NCBI GenBank assembly: GCA_035281225.1
Contig: DATEEI010000106.1
Location: forward strand, 29,122-93,121
Origin: Vicinamibacterales bacterium
GTDB lineage: Bacteria; Acidobacteriota; Vicinamibacteria; Vicinamibacterales; JAMQPK01
Direction: 5' to 3'
DNA length: 64,000 nucleotides
Part shown: positions 1 through 8,400 of the stretch, one piece after another
How the letters are laid out: each line of letters opens with the position of its first letter
Position numbering within the stretch: position 1 is the first letter of the stretch
Notes under the pieces: generated by a model
Told to the model about the DNA's origin: nothing
Seen by the model: only the letters and a program-made list of their open reading frames with translations
Database searches by the model: none
Program-made: the position numbers and the translations under genes

Positions 1-43
1 GGACCCTACGTACGGAAACACGTTACGTACAAACAGCACGTAG

Positions 44-63
44 GGCGCGGCTTTAGCCGCGCC
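44..63 (-). terminator. GC hairpin GGCGCGGC-TTTA-GCCGCGCC just downstream of the cbpA-like stop; REP-like element or possible terminator
   Basis: Perfect 8-bp stem and 4-nt loop read directly. No clean U-tract follows. The same GGC-TTTR-GCC hairpin architecture recurs at 18482, 31298, 31341, 31386 and 31902. Confidence 0.4.
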
Positions 64-71
64 ATCACCGT

Positions 72-1082
72 TCAAGCAGCCGAGCTCTTGCCTGCGGCGA
101 GGCGGGCAAGCGCTTCGTAGTGCGTGCGCTCTTCCGGTGTGAGCTGCCGTGGCAGCTCCGCTTCGACCGTGGCGTACAGGTCGCCATGCTCTCCTGGCTT
201 ACCTACCAAAGGCATGCCATGTCCCTTTAGACGAAAGACCTGGCCGTTTTGGGTCCCAGCTGGAATCTTGAGCCGCAGCGGCTTACCCCCGAGATTCGGC
301 ACCTCGCCCTCGCCCCCGAGCACCGCTGTCGTCACAGGCACCCGCACTTTTGCGTGCAAATCTTGGCCTTTGCGCTCGAATCGGGAATCGGGCGTTACGT
401 GCACGCGCAGGTAAAGGTCGCCCGCGGCGGCGCCTCCGGATCCCTTCTCACCCTCACCAGCGACGCGCACCCGCGATCCTTCAGCGACCCCTGCAGGAAT
501 GCGGACGTCGACCGTTCGCGATTGCCCATCATGCTTCATCGTGAATCGCCGGGTCGATCCCCTGTACGCGTCCTCGAGCGACAGATCGAGTGGATGCTCG
601 ACGTCACGCCCCTGCTGCACCCGCGGCGATCGTGTGCCCGCGCGCCCTCCACGCCCACGGATTTCGGGCTCCCCGCCGCCCGAGAAAAACGCGTGAAAAA
701 AATCGGAGAAGGGATCTTCATTGCCGAATAAATCGCGCATTTCCTCGGGAGTCATCGTCCGGTAGTTGCCCTGAGCGCCGCTACTGCCGGTGTGCACGTT
801 CCACTGGCTCGGATCGAAGCCGCCAGCGCCTCCGCGTTGTTGCTGCGCCTGCTCGTACATCTTCCAGTTCGATCCGAGCTCATCGTATTTCCTGCGCTTC
901 TCGGGATCGCCGACAACCTCGTACGCTTCGTTGATTTCCTTGAAGCGGGATTCGGCCGATTTGTCGCCTGGATTGACGTCTGGATGGTACTTGCGCGCCA
1001 TCTTGCGGAAGGCCTGCTTTATCTCCTTCTCGCTGGCCGTTTTGGCGACGCCGAGGGTTGCGTAGTAGTCCTTAAAGTCCAT
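72..1082 (-). CDS. cbpA: CbpA-type J-domain co-chaperone (DnaJ-like, lacking the zinc-finger domain)
   Basis: J domain DYYATLGV...KYHPDVNP...AYEVVGDPEKRRKYD with the HPD motif, a Gly-rich linker and DnaJ C-terminal beta domains. No CxxCxGxG repeats. Start set at Met16 (MDFKDYY, ATG 1082) rather than the ORF-track start at 1127. Confidence 0.85.
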   Translation of the reverse strand: MDFKDYYATLGVAKTASEKEIKQAFRKMARKYHPDVNPGDKSAESRFKEINEAYEVVGDPEKRRKYDELGSNWKMYEQAQQQRGGAGGFDPSQWNVHTGSSGAQGNYRTMTPEEMRDLFGNEDPFSDFFHAFFSGGGEPEIRGRGGRAGTRSPRVQQGRDVEHPLDLSLEDAYRGSTRRFTMKHDGQSRTVDVRIPAGVAEGSRVRVAGEGEKGSGGAAAGDLYLRVHVTPDSRFERKGQDLHAKVRVPVTTAVLGGEGEVPNLGGKPLRLKIPAGTQNGQVFRLKGHGMPLVGKPGEHGDLYATVEAELPRQLTPEERTHYEALARLAAGKSSAA

Positions 1083-1146
1083 CTCTGATGTCTGCCGTGG
1101 TGGCCCTCCGAAAGGATAGCGCCTCAATCACGGCGCTAATTCATCA

Positions 1147-1152
1147 TATGAT
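1147..1152 (+). promoter_or_regulatory. -10-like hexamer TATGAT 9 nt upstream of the terC ATG (possible leaderless transcript); lies inside the 10-bp palindrome ATCATATGAT
   Basis: Sequence read directly. The spacing matches four other genes in the window. Confidence 0.3.
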
Positions 1153-1161
1153 AGGCGCCGC

Positions 1162-1902
1162 ATGTTTGAATGGCATGACCTCGTTACGATTGTCCTTCTT
1201 GTTCTGCTCGAAGGCCTTCTAAGTGCTGATAACGCGTTGGTTCTGGCGGTGCTCGTCCTCGGACTTCCCAAGGAGCAGCGGAAGCAGGCCCTTCGTTACG
1301 GAATCCTTGGCGCGTTCTTCTTTCGCGCCGTGGCCACACTCCTCGCGGTGTATCTGATTCAGCTGAGCTGGGTCAAGCTCATCGGGGCGGCTTATTTGTT
1401 GTATCTCCCGTACTCTCACTTCTTCCGCGGCGAAGAGGGACACGATCGACGCACGCCGCCGCCGGCCAGGGCGATGTTTGGCCTCACCGCGTTCTGGGCA
1501 ACCGTGGTTAAAGTCGAGTTGACGGATATCGTGTTTGCAATCGACTCGATTCTCGTGGCCGTCGCGATGTCGAACAAGACCTGGGTGATCCTGACGGGCG
1601 GCGTGCTTGGGATCATCGCGATGCGGATTGTCATCGGCAAACTGCTGACGCTCGTTCAGCAGTACCCGGCGCTGGTGGATGGCGCTTTTATCATCATCGC
1701 GTGGGTGGGCATCAAGCTGCTGCTGGAGTTTGCCCATCAGCAGGGCTGGGTGCACTTCGAGATTCCGAAGTGGCTGGCTCTTGGATTGATTGTGGTGATC
1801 TTCGCAATCGCATTTCTGTACGCGCGCAAGCATCCGCACTTGGAAGTCGAGGAAGAGGCCGCGGCGCGCGATGTCGACAAGCTCGAAAACGATCTGCTTT
1901 AG
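1162..1902 (+). CDS. TerC/Alx family integral membrane protein
   Basis: Multi-TM protein with the family-typical LLSADNALVLAVLV and FAIDSILVAVAM segments. Confidence 0.8.
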   Translation: MFEWHDLVTIVLLVLLEGLLSADNALVLAVLVLGLPKEQRKQALRYGILGAFFFRAVATLLAVYLIQLSWVKLIGAAYLLYLPYSHFFRGEEGHDRRTPPPARAMFGLTAFWATVVKVELTDIVFAIDSILVAVAMSNKTWVILTGGVLGIIAMRIVIGKLLTLVQQYPALVDGAFIIIAWVGIKLLLEFAHQQGWVHFEIPKWLALGLIVVIFAIAFLYARKHPHLEVEEEAAARDVDKLENDLL

Positions 1903-2288
1903 CGTCCCTTCAATTTTCTGATTGCCCGCCGCTCCCGCTTATCGGGCGTGTGGGAGCGCTGCATCCCCTCGCGATAGATGCGCTCGAGCCTGCGTAGATC
2001 CTTCTCTGCTTCCGAGATGGGCGGTGTGGTGTCGCGGTAGAGGAGTCGGGCGTCAGCCTTTGCCATGTGACGATCGGCCAGTCCAACGACGGTCACGGTC
2101 TGCTTGCGGCCGAATGGTCGACTGAGGCGAATCTCATCACCGATTCGGAGCAAGCGGTGCGACTTGCTGCGCTGCCGGTTGACCTCGACCTTGCCACCCT
2201 GGCAGGCACGCTGCGCTTCGGATCTCGTCCTGTAGAGGCACGCGATGTCGAGCCACACGTCGAGCCTGACTGTCGCAGTTTGATTCAT
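1899..2288 (-). CDS. S4-domain RNA-binding protein (Hsp15/HslR-like)
   Basis: N-terminal S4 motif VRLDVWL...RTRSEAQRACQGGKVEVNRQRSKSHRLLRIGDEIRL followed by a basic C-terminal tail. Confidence 0.7.
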   Translation of the reverse strand: MNQTATVRLDVWLDIACLYRTRSEAQRACQGGKVEVNRQRSKSHRLLRIGDEIRLSRPFGRKQTVTVVGLADRHMAKADARLLYRDTTPPISEAEKDLRRLERIYREGMQRSHTPDKRERRAIRKLKGR

Positions 2289-2423
2289 CGCCTAATCATG
2301 TCGCATTCCACGTCAGTGCTCAGCCCAATTCGATGATTTGCGGACAAAAAATGACCGCATCATTCTGCAGACCGTTGGATAAGCTGGCATTCAGGCTGCA
2401 AAGCAGGCCATCCTTAGTCCCCA

Positions 2424-5400
2424 GTGCACCCAAGCGAAGCTCCACCGACAACTATTCCCGACGCCGACGACGATTTCCCCGGAGCAAGGGCGCCTCTCCC
2501 GCTCGAACAGCTCGAGTCGCACGCAAGGCAGCTTGCGGTGGAGCACCGAGAGACCGGCGGTGGTGGGCCCCGGCGTGAGCTGCTGGCCAGGCTCGATCGC
2601 AACGCCGATCGTCTCGAGAACATCTACAAGAAATTATCCGAAGAAGGTTTCACCTCCAAGCCCGAAACACCATCGGAGGAGTGGCTCCGCGACAACCACT
2701 ATGTCGTCCGCGTGCAACTGCTCGAGATTCGTCGCAACCTGCCTCGAAAATATTACGAAGAGCTGCCGACGCTGACGGCAGGACGGTGGCGGCGCTACCC
2801 GCGCGTCTACGTGTTTGCGCGCAACTTCGTCACTCATACGGCCGGCCGGTTCGATCAGGAGTCGCTTCGCCGGTTCGCCGATGCCTATCAGGACGTGACG
2901 CCGCTGACGATCGGCGAGCTATGGGCGATTCCCATCATGCTGCGGCTCGCCCTCGTCGAAAATCTCTGCGGTCTGGCGGTGGGGACGCTTCGTGCGAAGC
3001 AGGAACGGGAGGCGGCACGAAAGTTCGCGGCCAAGCTTCTGAGCTTGCCCGACAAGACGCAACCGCCGTTGCATTTGGCGGCGAAGACATCGGCCACATT
3101 CGTCGTGGAGATCCTGCACAACCTGCGCGATCAGTCGGTCGCATCGACGACGGCATGGCGATGGCTGCAGACCAGGTTGGGCGCGCGTGGACAGTCGCCC
3201 GACGAAGTGCTGCGGCTGGAGCAGCACCGCGAAGCCATCGACCAGCTCTCGATCGCCAACATCATCACGACCATGCGCGTGCTGTCGGCGCTGGATTGGC
3301 CGGCGTTCGTCGAAGGCGTCAGCCGCGTCGAGCGGATTCTGCGCCGCGATCCGGCCGGCGCGTACGCCGATATGGACCAGCCGACGCGAGATCGATACAG
3401 GAAATCGGTCGAGCAACTGTCGAGGCGCTCGGGGGCGGACGAGCTCGACGTGGCGGAGCGCGCTGTGAGGCTTGCGGAAACCGCTCAGCGAGAACACCCG
3501 GATGCCGATCGCCGGCATCATGTCGGGTATTACCTGATTTCGCGCGGGCGCTTCGAGCTGGAGAGGGCCCTGCGCTATTTTCCGACGGTCCCGGAGCGGC
3601 TCAGTCGCCTAATCTTCAAACATCCCGCCATCAGCTATCTGGGCAGCGTCGCGCTCACGACCGTGGTGTTCGAAGCGAGTCTTCTTATTTACGCGCGCAA
3701 CAGTGGCGCCTCCGTACCGATGATGCTGCTGGTGGCCCTGGTGACCATCCTGCCGGTCAGCGAGCTCGCCCTCAGCTTTCTCAATACGATTCTCACGACG
3801 ATTATTCCGCCACGGCCGCTGCCGAAACTGGCGCTGCGACACGGCATTCCCGACCACTTGCGCACGATTGTGGCGGTGCCGACGATTCTTTCTTCTGAGG
3901 GGCGAATACGAGAGCTCGTCGACGCCCTCGAAGTGCGCTCGCTTGCCAATCACGATGACAACCTGCGCTTTGCGCTCTTGAGCGATTTCGTCGATGCCGA
4001 TAGCGAGACGCTGCCGGACGACAAAGCGCTCGTCGAGCTCGCGATTGAGCTCATCACGACGCTCAATGTGCAGCATGGAGCCGAGCGGTTCTACCTCCTT
4101 CACAGGAATCGGCGGTGGAACGCCTCGGAAGGGAAGTGGATGGGATGGGAGCGCAAACGCGGCAAGCTGCACGAGCTCAACCGGCTGTTGAGGGGGGCGC
4201 AGGATACGAGCTTCGCGGTGCAGATCGGGAATGTCGATCTGCTTCAGTCCATGCGCTATGTCATCACGCTCGATTCAGATACCGACCTTCCGCTCGATGT
4301 CGGGTTGAAGCTCGTCGGGACGCTGGCTCATCCGTTGAATCGCGCCCGCTTCGATGCGATCTCCGGGCGCGTCACCGAAGGCTACAGCGTGCTTCAGCCG
4401 CGGGTGGCGATTGGAGCTGTCAGCGCCTCGGCAACAAGCTTCTCGGAAGTGTTTTCGGGCCACGTCGGCATCGATCCGTACACGAGCGCCGTCTCGGACG
4501 TGTACCAGGATTTGTTCGGCGAGGGCAGCTATGTCGGCAAGGGCATCTACGACATCGACGCCTTCGAACGTGCGCTTCAGAATCGCGTACCAGAGAACGC
4601 GCTCCTGAGTCATGACCTCTTCGAAGGGCTGTTCGCGAGAGTCGCGCTCTGTACGGATGTGGAAGTCATCGACGATTTCCCGACTCACTACGTCACGTGG
4701 ATCGCCCGTCTACATCGGTGGGTTCGCGGCGACTGGCAGCTGGTGCCCTGGCTGGGTGGGAAGGCGATGCTGCCGGCCATTGCACGCTGGAAGATCTTCG
4801 ACAACCTCCGGCGGAGCCTTCTCCCGCCGGCCTTGGTCGCCTTGCTGGCCGCGGGATGGCTTGTTCTTCCGGGCGGCCCCTCACTGTGGACGGGCACCGC
4901 CTTTCTCGTGCTGTTTTTCCCCGCGTATGTTCAGTGGGGGCAGACATTTACCAACCGCGCCCGCGGCGTCCGCTTTCGCGATCATCTCCGGGCCGAGCAG
5001 GCGAACCTACTTGCGAGCCTGCACCAGGTGCTGTTGACGAGTGCGTTCCTCCTGCATCAATCGGCCGTGATGGTCGATGCGATCGGCCGCACGCTCATGC
5101 GGCTGTTTACGAAGAAGCATCTGCTGGAGTGGGTGACCGCGGCGGACTCAGCTGAACGATTGAGCGGTGAGCGGGCCAATGTGCTGCGGCATATGTGGAG
5201 CGCGCCGGTACTAGCCTTCGCGCTGGCGCTGGCCGTGGCAGTGCTTGCGCCGGCTAGCCTGGGATGGGCCGTTCCGGTGGTCGTGCTGTGGGGCAGTTCC
5301 CCGTTTCTTGCCTACGAGACCGGGTTGCCCCGTGAAGATCGCAGGCGTTCACTCGACACGCGCGATCGTCGGCAGTTCCGTAAGGTCGCCCGCCTCACGT

Positions 5401-8400
5401 GGCGATTCTTCGAAGAGCTGCTGACGCCCGGCGACAACTGGCTGGTTCCTGACAACTATCAGGAAGGCCGATCGGATCCGATCGCGCATCGCACCTCGCC
5501 GACGAACATCGGCCTCCAGATGATGGCGATCGTCTCGGCGTGGGACCTCGGTTATATCTCGAGAACCCAATGCCTCACGAGATTGGAGCGCACCTTCGAG
5601 TCGCTTCTGCGTCTGCCGAAGTACCGTGGCCATCTATTCAACTGGTACGACACCCAGAGTCTCGTCCCGCTGGCGCCGCTCTACGTCTCGACGGTGGATA
5701 GCGGCAATCTGCTCGGCTATCTCCTGACGCTGAAGGCCGCATTGGCGGCGATGGTCGAAGAGCCGCCTGTCATCGATCGGCGTGTTCAGGAGGGACTCTG
5801 CGACACCATCGACGCATTCGAGCGTGAAGGTGCTGCGCCGCTGGCCACCCTGGGACGAGAAGCCGCGCGTGACCTCCGGAACGACCTCCGTCGGCTGCGG
5901 ATCGAGCTCGACGCGCTGCCCACAACCGTGGAATCGTCGGCAAAGTGGTTGCTGCGAATATCCGATGAGCTGGCGGTGCTCGCCTCGCGCGTCCACGACG
6001 CCGAAGATCGCATGCCCGCTTCGGCATCCCAGTTGGCGTCGGCCGCTTGGTGGCTCGATGCCGCCGCATCCATTATCACAGAGCAACGACGCGAGCTTGC
6101 CGCGATGTCGAAGGCTCCGGACGACACGCGCGAGGCGCTCCGCGGAACGGCGCACAGGCTAGCCGCGGCCGCAGACGCGTTTGCGGAAGAGACCGAACTG
6201 GAGTTTCTCTTCGACCGGCAGCGGCACCTGTTCGCGATCGGCTACAACGTGACGGAGGGTCGCCGTGACTCGACGTTTTATGACGCGCTGGCTTCAGAAG
6301 CACGGCTGGCCAGTTTTATTGCCATCGCGATGCGCCACGTGTCGCAGGAGCACTGGTTCAAGCTGGGGCGTCTGATGACCCCGGTCGGTCCTCATCGCGC
6401 GCTGGTGTCGTGGAGTGCATCGATGTTCGAGTACTTGATGCCGCTGCTGATCATGCGCACGTATCCGCGCACGCTGCTCAACGAGACGTACGAAGCGGTC
6501 GTGACCCGTCACATCGAATACGCGTCACGCCTCGGCGTGCCGTGGGGTATCTCCGAGTCGGCCTACAACGTACAGGACACAGCGGGCAACTACCAGTACC
6601 GCGCGTTCGGTGTACCCGGCATCGGATTGAAGCGCGGACTGGCCGACGACCTTGTCGTCGCCCCGTATGCCAGCCTGCTGGCGGCGCCCTTCAGGCCAAG
6701 AGAAGTGCTCGCAAACCTCGAGTATCTGGACTCGGAGGGGGCGCTCGGGCCGATGGGGTACTACGAGGCGATCGACTACACGAGCGACCGTGTCGAACCA
6801 GGAGAGCGCCGCGCGGTTATCAGGACGTACATGGCGCATCACCATGGAATGAGCCTGGTGGCGTTGAACAACTGCTTGAACGGGAACATCATGCAGGCGC
6901 GTTTCCACGCCGAGCCGCGAGTGCAGGCCGCGGAGCTGCTGCTGCAGGAGCGCAGCCCGCATCTGGTTCCGCTCGATCGGCCTCCTGAAGAACACAAGGT
7001 TCAGGAAGCGCCGGGGCGCGTCGCGCAAGCCCTCGTGCGCCGCTACGTCACGCCGCATACCGTCACGCCGCGCGCGCATGTGCTGTCGAATGGTTCGATG
7101 AGCGTCATGGTGACCAACTCGGGCGGCGGCTATACGCGCTGGCGCGACGTCGCCGTCACGCGCTGGCGCGAGGACGCCACTTGCGACGGGTGGGGCAGCT
7201 TCTGCTACATCCGCGACGTCGAGACGCTCGCCTTCTGGTCGGCTGGCTTCCAACCCAGCGGACGCGAGGCCGATAGCTACGAAGTGACGTTCGCGCCCGA
7301 TCGCGCGGTCATCCGGCGACGCGACGAAGATATCGAGACCTTCACCGAAGTGACGGTCTCGCCGGAAGACGATGCGGAGATTCGACGGGTGTCGGTGACC
7401 AACCACTCGCGCGTCCTCCGGGAGCTCGAGCTGACGAGTTATATGGAAGTCGTGCTCGCCCCGCAGGCCTCCGACGTCGCGCATCCGGTCTTCAGCAATC
7501 TCTTCATCGCAACGATGCGGGTGCCCGAGCACCAGGCGATTCTCTGCGCACGACGTCCGCGGTCTCGCGAGCGGCGCTTGTACATGGGTCACGTGCTGGC
7601 CAGCCGAGGACGGATCGGCGAAGAGGTGCAGTTCGAAACCGATCGCGAGCATTTTGTCGGGCGCGGCGGCACCATCGGTTCACCCGTGGCCCTCATGGCG
7701 GATAAACCGCTCTCGGGCGCCACCGGAGCGGTGCTCGATCCGATCGCGAGCCTTCGAGTGCGCGTGAAAGTGCCTCCTGGCGTTACGGTCAGACTGTCGT
7801 TCGCGACAGTCGTGGGGGAGAACGAGGACGGCGTACGCGCCTTGATCGAGAAGTACCACGACCCGCAGGTATCGGCGCGCGCTTTCGCGCTCGCCAGCAC
7901 ACATAGCGAGATCGAGCTCCGCTACCTGGGTGTGAGCCGGGAAGATGAAGCGCGATATCAAAGGTTGGCGGCGCGAGTCATCTATGCGGATCCACGGCTG
8001 CGCTCGCCGGAGGCTGTTCTGCGGAACACAGGTACGCCCCCTGATCTCTGGAAGTACGGCATTTCGGGCGACCTTCCAATCGTCCTGGTGACGGTGGCCG
8101 ACGGCGGCGAAGTGGGGCTGGCGAAAGAGTTGCTGCGCGGGCAGGAATACCTGCGCGCGCGAGGGTTTGTCTTCGACCTGGTGATCCTCAACGAGCTCCC
8201 GACGAGTTACCGCCAGGACGTGCAGGACGAGCTGCAGCGAATGGCGGAATCAGGTCCTTCGCATGCGTGGATCGACCGACCGGGCGGTCTGTTCCTGAGA
8301 CGTGCCGACAGCATGACCGAGCCGGATCGAGTGCTGCTGCGCGCAGTCGCGCGAGCCATCTTTGAAGGATCGCGCGGCGGGTTCGAAGTGCAGCTGCGGC

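Noticed and set aside
1083-1161. Looked for a yybP-ykoY (Mn2+) riboswitch upstream of terC and a CIRCE/HrcA operator upstream of the cbpA-like gene.
   Set aside because: The divergent intergenic region is only 79 nt, too short for the riboswitch. It contains no TTAGCACTC-N9-GAGTGCTAA-like element, only the short palindrome ATCATATGAT.
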